NCBI RefSeq assembly: GCF_009914755.1
Contig: NC_060934.1
Length of the DNA stretch: 64,000 nucleotides
Source of the DNA: the human T2T-CHM13v2.0 reference genome, Homo sapiens
Reading direction: 5' to 3' (one strand)
Shown piece after piece: positions 44,886-57,657 of this stretch (position 1 is its first letter; every line of letters begins with the position of its first letter). The position numbers and the translations under genes were made by a program. Below the pieces are notes generated by a model. The model did not search any database. It saw only the letters and a program-made list of their open reading frames with translations, and was not told the DNA's origin.

Positions 44886-47217
44886 CCTATAAGTGTAATA
44901 AATATGTTGTCTTAGGACGGGCAGCTTAGTGTTTGGATTCTGAGACCTAGCAGGAATGGTGAAGGGACGGGGCATGAGAGGAAGTCAAAGGGCATAAAAG
45001 CATCAGCCTGGCCCAGGTCTGAGGATGCTGTGAGTTACTAATTCTGCTGGTGCATTCGAGGTGCTGTGACCAAGGCCAGGAGCTCTGGCATAGAAGCAAA
45101 AGCCAGCGTCGGTTCCTGTGCCCAGCCCTGCGCCACTATGCCCACAGCATCCATCACCTTGGGTCCTGGCGCCCTGTGAGTGAGGAGAGTGCTGACATCG
45201 CCTCCCACTCACAGGGGGTCGTGGAGGCTCCGGAGCTTGGTGACCCCGTGGTGTCCTAGGGCGTGTAGACACAGGCCTCTTCCATGCCAGGGAGGCGTGG
45301 CAGATCTCAAGCCCACCCACTCTTCCCCCACCCTCGGACACCACAACAAAACCAGAGTTGTGCATCAAGACAGCTGGAACCAGACCACCGGAAACACTCA
45401 GACCACCGGCACCAAGGGTTGTCTGTTTTCAGAACTTCTGTTGTTTTGAGCACAGCCCAAAGGGACAGCTGGCCCTTGGGAACCACGTTGGGCCGTCTGT
45501 TAGGGAGAAGTGCACTGCCTGGGCCTGAAGGCAGTGGGCTGTCTGGCCTCCTGAGTGCCCGGGGAGCCCACGCCCACGCCCAGGAGGGAGGGGCCCACTC
45601 GGTGCATCCACGCAGAGGCGGCTGCGAACTCAGGCACGGCCGCCCTTGTCTCCTGCTGCCGCTGCCACCTGCAGCACAGACGGAGCCTGTGCACGGGGCC
45701 TGGTCAGAGCTGTTTCTGTCTCCCCAGCCTGAGCCCCGTCTTCACCTGCAGCACAGACAGGGCCTGTCCGCCGGGCTTGGTTGGAACCATTTCTGTCTCC
45801 CCAGCCTGAGCCCGTCGTCCCTTGCTGGCTGCCCACTTGCTCAGCTGCGCCCTGGACCGTGGCCGCTGGGCTCCTGGGAGGTGGGCCATGCCCACAGCTC
45901 CACCTGGCTCACAGTGAGTGCCGTGTCGTCGTGAGCACCTCCAGGCTCCCAAGCCCAGCACAGACAGCACCGGCCCCTTCTCTCCCCGCCTTTCCGCTCC
46001 TCCAAGGAAGCTCGTCCTTTTGGGCCCTCAGTGGCTGTTGTAGCACCACCACCCCGGCACCAGACAGAGAGCCCTGTCGGGGCTTGCTCCTTGGAAGCGC
46101 TGCGCATCCTGTGTTCCAGGGGAGCGGGGTCAATCAGTGCCTCACCCCTCATCCTGCTCAAGTGAAATGGGGCTCCCCGACTGCCTCACATGTGTCCCAC
46201 CCAGGGTTTCCTGCCAGGTGAGATGGTTCGTGTCCTGGCCTGTCAGGACTCCCATGAGTGGCGAGGTGTGCGGTGTGGGGCAGTGGCTGGACTGACAGTG
46301 GGAGATAGACGGGGACCTGGAAGGAGGGGAGGCCATGTCGATACTGCATCCGCTCTCTGAATTCTCTGCCCGCGCGTCCTCTCAGAGCCTCATGGTGGAA
46401 GCCGCCAGGTCACACAGGAAGCCGCACTGACAAGGATATTTGTTGCACTGCTCTTTAGCTGTAAAAGTTTGGGACAGATTCAGCACGCTGCAGCGGTGAT
46501 TGCTTGAGTCAGAATCCTTGCTGGGGACCTCAGAGACATGTCGGGGGCCTGGGAGCCTTGATGGGGCGGGCGGGGCAGGGGCACCAGTGGCCGTGATGCC
46601 AGGCTCAGGTTCCCGGCTCTGCCACTTAGTGGAAGTGGCCTTGCGTGAGTTGCTGCTGTGTGTCGGCGTCCTCCCAGGCTGTGAGCAGGCGGCGGAGTGC
46701 CTGGCTCCTACACACGTGAACACACATGCATACACAGGCACATGTGTACACACACATGCTCCGGCACACGCGTGCTGGTACGTGCTCCCGCACACGTATG
46801 CACACGTGTGCACCCTTGCTGGGGTTGTGCCTGGGTGTTGCTAATGGCTGCCTTCCTGGTGAGATTGTGACCAGTTGATCTTGAGGCTCCCAGAGGCTCT
46901 GCAGTAAACACGCATAACATTTTTTTAACTAGAAATAAGGCCTCTAGATGATTGAAGAGGCTTCTGAGAAATCTGGACTCTTTTCTATGGAATTTACAGT
47001 AATGGGAAAATGAAAAGCACTGGAAATATAAATAACTGGAAGCACAAAGGCGACGTGACTCCTAGAATCTGTCCAGAACCCATGGTCGCAGACATGGGGC
47101 CCCGTCTCTGCCAGACCCTGGTGGCTCCCAGGCTGTGGGGGCGGTGGAGGGGGTGGTGCCACGTGTGGCTCTGTGGACGGCTCCGACGACCCTGACAGTG
47201 TGCTTCTCTCCCTCCAG

Positions 47218-47318
47218 GTCGTGCACACACACAAGCCGCACTTCATGGCCTTGCACTGTCAGGAGTTTGGAGGGAAGAACTACGAGGCCTCCATGTCCCA
47301 CGTGGACAAGTTCGTCAA
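47218..47318 (+). CDS. INPP5A: INPP5A coding exon (probably exon 3), 101 nt, VVHTHKPHFMALHCQEFGGKNYEASMSHVDKFV(K)
   Basis: Acceptor ttctctccctccag; donor AA|gtaagt. Continues in frame from the 8916-8957 exon and carries the ALHCQE motif, equivalent to the GxQE metal-binding motif of 5-phosphatases. Confidence 0.97.
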
Positions 47319-48101
47319 GTAAGTCTAGGGGCAGGTGCTGGTGCATGTCCACTTCCCAGGGGTGTGGGGTGCCGGCGGGGGTCTTTTCATGGTACTATGA
47401 TCACCAGCCTCACCATTCGGGACTCACCTGGGGGTCATCTTGGCTGAGTCTCAGTTTTCCAAAGAGAGGAGTGGCCCAGACGTGTGGCCACGAGCCTCCT
47501 TGGGGCGGCGACAGAAGGCCACGGAGTGACAGCCTGCTGCCTCCACACGGCGAGGGTCTGTGCTCTCGGGCCAGGGGACGTGAGCCCCAGATACCAGTGG
47601 AGCCGTCTCCGTGTGTGTGTGTCTGAGGCCTGGGCCTGTGGTGGCCGGGGTTCACATCCCACTGCGCAGTCTGTCTCAAGGAGGTCGGCAGGGAGCGTCT
47701 ATCCTCCTTGGGGGCGAAATCTCCATCGTTTAGGAGGAAGGTGCCCCACGTGTATTCCCACTGTACATGCCCTGAGGCTTCTGACAGGGCCGGCCCAACT
47801 GGGTCCTGCCTGGGAAGAGGGGGCGCCCGGACCTGGGGCATCCAGGAGTGGACAGGAGCAGGCAGGGGCAGGCAGGCTTGTGTTCAGACATGGGGCCTCC
47901 TATAGGCTGTTGCTAATAGTGGCTGCTGTATTTTCCCGAGGCCGCAGCCGTGAAGCCCGCCCTCTGTGTCCCCTACAGTGTGGCCTTGGCACATTCCCAT
48001 GTTGGGGGCTCGTCTCCACCTCCAGACCCTGGGCAAGCCCTGGCTTCTTCACAGCATGAGGGCTTCTGGGACCAGCCCCCAACATCGCAGAGCTTCACAA
48101 A

Positions 48102-48232
48102 GCTGCCACACTCTGTGGGCCGACGCCGCTGCCACGCTCTGTGGGCCGACGCCGCTGCCACACACTGTGGGCCGACGCTGCTGCCACGCTCTGTGGGTTG
48201 ACGCTGCTGCCATGCTCTGTGGGTCGATGCAG
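48102..48232. repeat. Tandem repeat, 26 bp x5
   Basis: gctgccacgctctgtgggccgacgcc; tgtggg at 48114, 48140 and 48166. Confidence 0.9.
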
Positions 48233-48450
48233 CCACCCGGAGTCGGGACCTGTGGGCAGAGCCGTCGAGCCCTCCCGGCCTGGTGCCAGTGTGAGTGTGA
48301 GCGAGGCTTCAGGCGATCCCAGCCGCTGCATCCTTGCTGTGACATAAGCCCTCCGTGTTGAACTCCCAGCGCAGGGTCCTCGAGCAGAGCAAAGTGGTTT
48401 CAGCTGCTAAAAAAAACTGCCACAACTTCCCAAAATAATCTGTAATTTAA

Positions 48451-48767
<317 letters not shown>

Positions 48768-49699
48768 AGTTTAAGGCAGTTTTAATCAAAATCTTAGCGG
48801 CATTTTTCCTAACACTCAACAAACTAATACTAAAATTGCCATATAAGAGCAAAGGGTCAAGAATAGTTAAAAGAATCCTGAAGGAAAACAAAGTGGGTTC
48901 TCACCCAGCTCGACCCCAAGGCTCATTCCGAAGAAGCAGTGGGGCAGGTGGCATGACGCAGGCCCGGAGAGGAGAGCGGATCGAGGCAGGTGCGCAGCCC
49001 AGAGAGTGGAGAGCGGAGTCGAGGCCCCACCCAGACCCTCGCGGCTGCCTTGGAGGAGGGTGGGTGGGGACATGGGCTGGGGCACGGCATCATTGGTGTC
49101 CTGTTGGGAAAAATGAAATTGGATCCCTGCTTTGTGTCATAAGCAGCCACTTCTCACTCACCCTACATAAGATGAATTTCAGTTGTATTAATTATATAAA
49201 TGTAAAAGGCAACATTAAAAATTTCAGTCTAAAATATAGGAGAAAATATAGTTTTGGGATGAGAGATTTCTTTTAAAATGTGCAGGAAGTGCAGCCTACA
49301 GAATGGAAGGCTGAAAAATGTGGCCATGTTTGAACTAAGCATTTGCTTATGAAAAGGCACTCAAAATGAAGTCACTCAAAATGAAGTCACTCAAAACAAA
49401 ATCAAAATTCAGCCACTTCGGGAAAAGATATCTGCAGCACACCTTACTGACAAAAACGAGTGTTTAAATATATGAAGAACTCAGTAAGTCGGTAAGAGAA
49501 GGAAAGCAGCCCCTGTTGGGAAGCACCTTCCAGAGGAGAGAAAGTGGGGGTGCACCCTGAGCACGGAGGACGCCGCCCTCACAGCAGGCGGGGACACCGC
49601 AGGCCGGACGGGAACGATGCCGCCGTGTTTGGTGTGAGAGCTTCACAGTGGAGTGTGGCCCCCACGGCCTTGTGCCCCCGCGATGCCGTGTGTGTTTCC

Positions 49700-50900
49700 T
49701 TCCTCCGCGCTTTATGCCTAATGTACAGCGTTATGATTTTTGCTTTAAACAATTTTCTTTTTAAAAGATTAAGACGTGAGAGAAACGCCCTTGGTGTGGA
49801 CCAGTTCACTGGCTTTCAGTGCCCTCCGCCCTTTTGTGTGGATTCTGCTTTTTATCTGGCACCCTTCTCTCTCTGCCTGAAGAACGTTCTTTAACATTTA
49901 TTTTAGCACAAGTCAGCTGCTCATGAATTTTCTCAGCTTTTGTTTATCTGAAAAAGGTCTTTGTCCTCATTTTTGAAAGCTGTTTTTGTTGTAAATAGAA
50001 TTCTAGCTTGTCAATTTTTTTTCCTCTCACTACTTTAATGATATCGCCCCATTGTCTTCTGTATTGCATTGTTGCTGGCGAGAATCTCGCCATTGTTCTC
50101 TCTTAATTTTCTTGTATATAATGTGCCCTTTCCTCCACTGCTAGGTTTTGTCTTTATAGCTGGTTTGCAGCAACCTGATTATGTTGTACTTTGCTTTGAT
50201 GTTCTTTATGTTTATCTTGCTTGGGGCCGTTTGAGCATTTGCAGTCTGTGGGTTTATCGTTTTAATCAAATTTGGGGAAAATTTGTCCTTGTCCATTATT
50301 TCTTTAAATACTATTTTTCTTTTCCTTCCCTTCTCTTTTGTTCTTAGGCTCCAGTTACCTGATGTTAGATTGCCTGGTTCTGCCCCACAGGGCCCTAAAG
50401 CTCTTCTGATTGTTTTCAGCTCATTTTCCCTGTGTTTCGGTTTGGATCGCCTCTGTTGCTGTATTTTTAAGTGGCTGGGCTCTTTTCTGTTGCAGATTTT
50501 GATCTTCTCTTAGGTCCATGCAGTCAGTTCGTTTTATTTCTGACATTGTGTTTGTCCACTCCTTCCAGAAGCCTCACGTGTGCTTTCCCTGTCCTCGCTT
50601 TTCCTTCCGTCTGTGCGTTCCTTTCGCTGTCTGGTCACAGTTGCAATGACTGTTCCCAGTTGCTTTCAGCTCACTCCGTCATTTTTGCCTCTTCCGGGTC
50701 TGTTTCTGTTGACGGCTTCTTCGTAGGATGACGGGACACATTCACGTGGTGTTGCTGCTTCTCATATCAAGTTATTTTCCGTAGGATGGCAGACATTGCG
50801 AATGTTACGTTGTTTAGTGTTTGAGCCCTGTTTTCTTCCTTTAAAGCGTGTTGAAGGTTGTGTTTACCAACAGTTAAGCCACATGGGGATCAGTGTGGGT
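49700..50900 (-). mobile_element. Old L1M fragment
   Basis: T-rich antisense L1 text (tgaattttctcagcttttgtttatctgaaaa; aaatttggggaaaattt). Confidence 0.7.
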
Positions 50901-51767
50901 CTGTCAAGGCATTCTTTGCCTTGCCCTTCTCTACTGGTGCAGTTTTATTTTCTTCAATGTGGACCCCCCTTCTTCCTGACACATGGACTGGCTGGATCAC
51001 AGGGTGCTGGTCTCCTCTCTCCCCACTGGCTTGAATAAGCATGCGTGGGTAGGGGGATGATGGACTGTCTCTGTGGAGGGGCCAGGCAGACGGGGCCTCG
51101 TCCTCCGTTCATGGGCTCCAGGGGTGTGCGGTGGCCTCCTGTGCAGCCATGCTTTGCGGAGATGGTGGTGAGCTTGTCTCCTTAAGGCCTTCCTGATGAT
51201 AAAATGTGACCAGTAGGATGAACGGTCGGGGACAATGGCGTGTCCAGAGGTCCTTTCCCTCCTGTGTGGTTGCAAGGCCGTGGCAACTCAACCACCATTC
51301 TCGCTGCCACTTCTGGGAGGAGCAGATGGGGACAGAACTACCTGGGCCCTGGGGTGCATGTGCCCCAACCTGTGTGTGCTGGTGGCTACTGGGGGTCCAA
51401 TTTCTCTCTTAAGACCAAGCGTGAGCTATCAGGAGAGCCCCCAGAGCTTGGAGTTGCGCTTCCCTGGCATGAGACCTTGGGTGAGTTCTCAATGTCTCCA
51501 TCCCTGGGATGCCTCAGACCCCGGCATCTCACAGGCTGCGTGGAGACCAGAGCCTGTGGGAGCTTGAGCTCTGCACATGCTGAGAGCTGAACGTGAGGCC
51601 AGCTCCTGCGGTGGCTGCCGCCATTCCCTGCCCTCTGCCTGTCACGGGTGGATGGTCTCACGGTGATGTACCTATGTGCTGGAGCCCCTCTTATACCTTG
51701 TGGTCATCTCATGAGGTGCAAGGCGTCTGTGTGGCTTTTCCTCAGGAACCTACTTTCTTCCTTCCAG

Positions 51768-51855
51768 AGAACTATTGTCGAGTGATGCGATGAAAGAATA
51801 TAACAGGGCTCGAGTCTACCTGGATGAAAACTACAAATCCCAGGAGCACTTCACG
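51768..51855 (+). CDS. INPP5A: INPP5A coding exon (probably exon 4), 88 nt, (K)ELLSSDAMKEYNRARVYLDENYKSQEHFT
   Basis: Acceptor tttcttccttccag; donor ACG|gtgagt. The first base A completes the AA left by the previous exon (AAA = K). Translation matches recalled INPP5A. Confidence 0.97.
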
Positions 51856-52566
51856 GTGAGTCCCTCCCGCTGCCTGGTGCAGGGGTCAGACAGGCTGGCC
51901 TTGGCAGAAGCCAGCCCTTCTCCTGTGTAAATGGAGAGAGGTCGGGGTGCTCCCTGCCTGAAGCCTCACTCACGCTGCCCTGCCTGGCACTCCCGCAGCC
52001 TGCTTGGTGGTCTGCTCGTGGTCTGAGCCCATGGCTGGCCTGGCAGGGAAGGTGGCCCAGCACGCACAGGGTCTTGGGGCTCCAGACCAAGCCCAAGAGG
52101 GAATTGGGGAGTGACAGGTGGGGAGAGGCCCAGGGCCTCAGCGTGCATGAAAATAAGAGGGAGTCCGGGGCTCCAGGCGTGTAGATGAGAGGTTGGACAG
52201 CAGCCGGTATTGCTTCAAGAGCCACCGTCGCCAGCCCTGCTCCCATGCTGGGTCCGTCCCTTCCTGATCCCTGAGTGTGCAGGGCTGGGGCGGTGTCCTG
52301 CCTCGGAGAGAGGCTGTTCCTCAGGGTGAGCACAGGGGGAGTGGGACAGAGCCTTCCACAGGGCTGGGAAAGACCTGTCCCTCCTCTGCGGTCCTCTGTC
52401 AGGTGGACACATGAGAGGGTGGCCCTGGTGGACGTGGCAGCCACAGAGATACAGGCACCAGGTGTCTGGGAAGGGGCAGGAAGCTCCTCAGAGGAGGGGA
52501 CACTCTGCAGGTCGTGAATAACTTGCTGTTGGTTCAGAGACCCACGTCTTAAATCCCGTCTTTATG

Positions 52567-52892
52567 CCCTGGGTCCCCCGGCCTGGATCCATCTCCCCCG
52601 TCTCTGGGGAGGCCCTGGGTCCCCCGGCCTGGGTCCATCTCCCCCGTCTCTGGGGAGGCCCTGGGTCCCCCGGCCTGGATCCATCTCCCCCGTCTCTGGG
52701 GAGGCCCTGGGTCCCCCGGCCTGGGTCCATCTCCCCCGTCTCTGGGGAGGCCCTGGGTCCCCCGGCCTGGGTCCATCTCCCCCGTCTCTGGGGAGGCCCT
52801 GGGTCCCCCGGCTTGGGTCCATCTCCCCCATCTCTGGGGAGGCCCTGGGTCCCCCGGCCTGGTTCCATCTCCCCCGTCTCTGGAGAGGCCCT
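52567..52892. repeat. Minisatellite, 46 bp x7
   Basis: Unit ccctgggtcccccggcctggRtccatctcccccgtctctggggagg. Confidence 0.95.
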
Positions 52893-53544
52893 GCATCCTT
52901 CTCCCCCATCTCTGGCCTTCTGTCCCCAGCATCAGCGCCCACTAGCCGTCATTGCGCCGTCACGTGACAGGCCCTTGTTAATCTGCCCTCTCCCAGGTGG
53001 GCCCCCGTAGGCTGCAGTGCTGAGGGTCTCGCTCTCCAGTGCCCCCCTGCCCTGCAGGTGGGACTCTCATTGCTGTTTGGGTTCAAGGGCCATCTCACTT
53101 GTTTGGGCATCCAGTGCCAGTTGATCAATGTCCTTGTCCCTGAGATGGTCACACAGCTGTCATGCGTGGTCCCCACCAGTAGTGGAGTCTGTACAATCCC
53201 GGGAATCCCCCGTTCGGTCTCCGACCCTCGCCCTGTCAAGCAGCTGCCCACACACAAGCGGCCTCTCCTCACGCTCTGTGGGGCACACGGGGACCACGGG
53301 GCCCCCACTCACACCAGAGCCAAGGCCCTCACCCCTGTGCTCAGGATGTAGCTCCTCCTGTCAGCCTTCCTCCCTCTCCCCCTTGGTCCCTCCTCCCTCT
53401 CCCCCTTGGTCCCTCCTCCCTACCAGCTTCTTTCTCTCAGCTCTGCCATCCTTTCCATAAAATGGCAGCTTCCTTGACCCTCTCACTCTCCTCTGCCATG
53501 ACCCAACGTAATGTGTTTCCCAAGTAGGGGCTTATTCAGATGAA

Positions 53545-54260
53545 AAAGAAAAACACCACTGGGGGAGCAGCAAATTAGACATTGCAGAAGAAAAGAGAAG
53601 GTGACTGAACTTGAAGACAGCCACAAAATTAAAGTGAAACAGAGAGAAGGACTGAAAAGTGGATAGAAATCACTGTGAAATACCAGGTGTCCTAACACGT
53701 GTGGCTGCAGCCCCAGGAGGAGCGGGGAAAGGAGGCAGACAGGGTGATGCTTACAGATGTCATGGCTCAGATTTCTTCATCAGTCCATGAAACTTACAGA
53801 AAGATCCAAATACTGCAACAAGCTTCAAGCCGAATAAACATACCAACGCAGGCCAAGGTCCGATTGCTGAAAGCAAGTTACATGAAGGCCCTTCCTTGCC
53901 ACCCATCATCCTCGGAAGAGTGGGGCTCTGCTCCCCGTCTCTGCGTGCTGCCCTGCCATGGGAGCCTCATCTGTGCCAGTCGCCAGCTACCTCTTCCTCA
54001 TGGGGACCATCGCTCAGCTCTTTCCAGCTTCCTTTAGATATAAAGACACAGGTATTTTAAAAGTGAAGGGACGGAGGAGGATGTACCTTGTAAAACAGTC
54101 GTTAGAAGAAAGTAGGAGTGGCTGTCTGCATGTCAGGGTGCCCTCAGAACGAGCGTGTTGTCGGGGCTGAGAGCGGTCATTTCACGATGATAAGGGGTCA
54201 GCTTTTTGGGAGGACATAGCGGTCGTGAACGTGCGCCCCTAATATCAGAGCTCACTTAGA
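53545..54260 (+). mobile_element. Highly diverged L1M ORF1 and ORF2-start fragments
   Basis: agacattgcagaagaaaag..tgaacttgaagacag; agatataaagacacagg..aaagtgaagggacgg; catttcacgatgataaggggtca. Confidence 0.6.
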
Positions 54261-56330
54261 CGCGAAACCGACAGGGCTGGGTGGAGACGGGAGGCTCTGC
54301 ACCGCAGGAGGACCCCACAGTCCCCTCCTGCTGGCCGATGTGCAGGTGGGCGGAGGGGCAGTGCCCGCCACCCGCACCCTTGGCATCTGAGGCTCTCCAG
54401 CCAGAGCAGTGGTGGACGCAGCCACCGACAGAAGGCACCCGCGTGCTGGGCCCTGGCCAGAGCAGGCCTCTCCGTCTGTCCGAGCCTGGCTGGGATACCT
54501 GAGAGCGAGGCACACATGGGCTGGCGGAGGGGCAGCCGTCATGCTGTAGTTCTGTTTCCACCAAAACGTTTTTCCACATGAGGGCGAAAGCCTCAGCAAA
54601 ACCTCCTTCAGGCTCCCGAGGGCCGCGGCTGCCTCCACACCTGGCTACCTTCTTCAGGCCCCCGAGGGCTGCGGCTGCCTCCACACCTGGCTTTCAGGGT
54701 TTTCCAGGTGGGTCCGGAGCGGCCTGTGCTTAAGGGCTCAGGTCCACCCGAGACTCTGCCTGGCGTGCGTATCTGGGCATCTGCACCTGGCTGCCGGGCA
54801 CAGGCCGTGCCAGGCCTGTACGAGCTCTGGGGTTGTTCTCCCTTCTTTCCAGGGGTCCTCCCTGGCCCTGGGTGGTTCCAGCAAAACAGTCGCCAGGGCA
54901 CATGAGTCTAGTTCCAGAAAGACCTTGCCCCTGCCTCTGAGAGATGGAAAGGATACAAACGCATTCTCTTACCAAAAAGAATTAAATTAGAAGTAAATAA
55001 AAAAGATATATGGAAAAGTCTCAAATATTTGGAAATTAACTTGTTTGTTAATAATCCCAAGTCAAAGAGAATTACAAGGTATTTTAAATTATGTGAAAAG
55101 CTAGAACCTTCAAAATCTGTGAGATGCCAAAATAGTCTGCACCCGCTGCAGATCGTACGGCAGCCTTCAGCGCGGGGAGCACGGCGCCCCCCGTCAAAGG
55201 AAAGGTGCCTCTCAGGGGAGGAAGCACAGGGGCTGGGCCGGGCCCCTCCCCTCAAGAAGCCGCTGTGTACTTGGTGCCTCAAAGTGCCCGACAGTGACGT
55301 GGGCCTGGCAGCCCATTCTTCAGCACACACGCTTCCCAATTACGTCTCTGAGATGTCTGAAACCAGGGTGCGGGGCACCAGGGCGGCTGAACAGGCCACC
55401 CAGAGGCAGCCGTGCTGTGTCTGAGGCCCCGAGGCTGTTCCTCCAGTCACCCTCACGATGAGGGTTTCCGGAAAATGGGACAGGATAAGGCTTGGGAGTG
55501 AGAGTGGGTCTCAGGCCTGCTCTCGGGGAACTGTGGCCTGGCAGGAGCTCCCGTGCCTCTGCTGCCGCCCTTCAGCTCAGTGGGCTCCAGCCCCGGCTTC
55601 CCTGCCTGGGCACGGACCTGATCTCTCCCACAGCCACGGCCCTGAGTGAGGCTTTAGGCCAGGTGGATGGTGGAGGGCAGCCTTGCCTGGCAGGTAGGAG
55701 GGTCCAGGATGCCCCAGATGCCCAGTTAGCTCATGCCAAGCTGGTGCCAGGCGGGCCTGTCCTCCCTGTCTTGTCACTGAGACTGGGCTGGCAGACCTCG
55801 GAACGCTGCCCCCTGGGCCACCACTGGCTGCCTCAGTGGCCTGGTCTTTGCTGGGGGCCCTCGGGGTGTCTGTGTGGCGGGGCCTGACTTCCCCGGGGTC
55901 CTGGGCAGAGCTGGGCAGCAGCGGCCAGCCAGACAATCACCCTCCTGCCCCAGCCAGGTGCCCTCTGGCTGTCAGAGGGAGGAAAATTTAATTTTTACAA
56001 GATTGATGGTATTGGAGCAATATTTTTAGCTGAGTCTGGTTCAAATAATAGGCCATTAATTGAAAAAGGAAATTGAAATGAATTTATCTTGTACATAAAT
56101 GCTGTCACGGGTATTAATAGGGATCAGAAAATAGTGGCCTGTTCCCAGAAGGCGATTGAACCTGAAGCTGCGCCTGGCGCGTGAGCCTGTGGGGGGGACG
56201 CGGCTGAGGGGCTTTGAGCGACCTGCAGGTGCCCATTGCCACCAGGAGATGGCGCCCACGCAGCGCCTGAGAGTTTCCTACCGGAGATGATCAGAAGGCA
56301 ACTTTTAATGCTTAAAAAATGAGGATATTA

Positions 56331-56381
56331 GGCTGGGCGCGGTGGCTCACGCCGGTAATCCCAGCACTTTGGGAGGCTGAG
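56331..56381 (+). mobile_element. Alu 5' head only (51 bp)
   Basis: ggctgggcgcggtggctcacgccggtaatcccagcactttgggaggctgag, followed by non-Alu sequence. Confidence 0.9.
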
Positions 56382-57489
56382 TCTGGGATGGACATGCACC
56401 GACTCCGCCAGGCGAGGTGGGCCTGGCTCAGGGCAGAAGGCCCCAGGAGGTGCCCAGGCTGAGCCCCGAGCTCTGCGCCCGCATGGAAAATGGAAAAGTG
56501 GCGAGAGCCAGGCTGGAAGACACCTGAGTGCCAGGCGGTCTGTGTGCCTCATCCCTGAAGCGCCTTTGTCAGAGCCCTTGCTCCTGGGTTCAGCCTGGTG
56601 TCCCTACCCCTGGGAACACATGTCCACCCACAGCACTGGAGACAGGGCTCAGAGCTAGCCCCGCCGTGGAGGTCTCGGTACCACGTTGGTACCCAGAGAA
56701 ATTTCTTAGCCACCGCGGTGCATCCTCCCACACAGGCCTCGACACTGAAGAAGTGCCTGGGCGAGGCTTTCCCGGGCTGCCAAGTGCCTATTGATCCACA
56801 GCTCCAACAGCACAGAAATCCCGTGTCTTGTCTGCCGGGCACGCAGGGAGCTCCGAGAACACATCAGTCAGCGCCCAGAGAGCCGACGTCGGCCAGAGGA
56901 CGCAGGGTAACGGCTTTCCTGAACTCCGCTTCCAAGAGGGTTCTGTGAGGAAGAGGTTGCAAATTCATTTTCGTTTAACGTCACCCGCATCTGGTTTCAC
57001 CACAGAAGTGGAGCCCTGCAGTGGGAGGGGTGGGGGGCCTGTCACTGGGCTTTGCTGCTGATTTGGCCTACCTGGGAAGCCCAGAAGATGTATTTACTGT
57101 AGGGACTTGAGGCTTGCTTGGGGCCTGGTAGGAGCCAAGGCCACCCCATCCTCCCAGCTCAGCTTGGTGACTTACCATCCATGGCTCTGGTTCGCTTGTC
57201 ACCCGCCCCTCCCAGAGAGGCTGCGTGGGGCTGCAGGCGCCTGAGTGTAGGTCCCAGCCTGTGTCCTGGGCTCTAGTCCCATTGAAGCCTTGTGGCTGGC
57301 TGGGCATGGGTCCCATGCAGACTGGTGGGGCCAGGAGGGCCTGGCGTGGGCACCTGCAGCAGCTTCTTCAAGGCCTCCCAGCACTGACCGTGGCCTCTCA
57401 AAGCTTCGGCTGCTTCAGCAGCTTTCCTGCTGGGAGCTGTGAGCACTGCTGGGGCCCATGCCCAGGACTGTCCTGACCGGACTGAAAGC

Positions 57490-57657
57490 CCTAGAGGGAA
57501 GCTGGCAGTGGGGACAGGGTGCAAGAGGAAAGACCCTCTCTCCATGCAGCTCCTTCATCCACCCACCTGGAGGAACTCCTAGAGGGAAGGTGGCAGTGGG
57601 GTCAGGGTGTGAGAAGGAAAGCCCCACTCTCCTCTTCATCCACCCACCCAGAAGAAG
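57490..57657. repeat. Imperfect ~88 bp tandem duplication
   Basis: cctagagggaagStggcagtgggg...cttcatccacccacc occurs twice. Confidence 0.8.
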
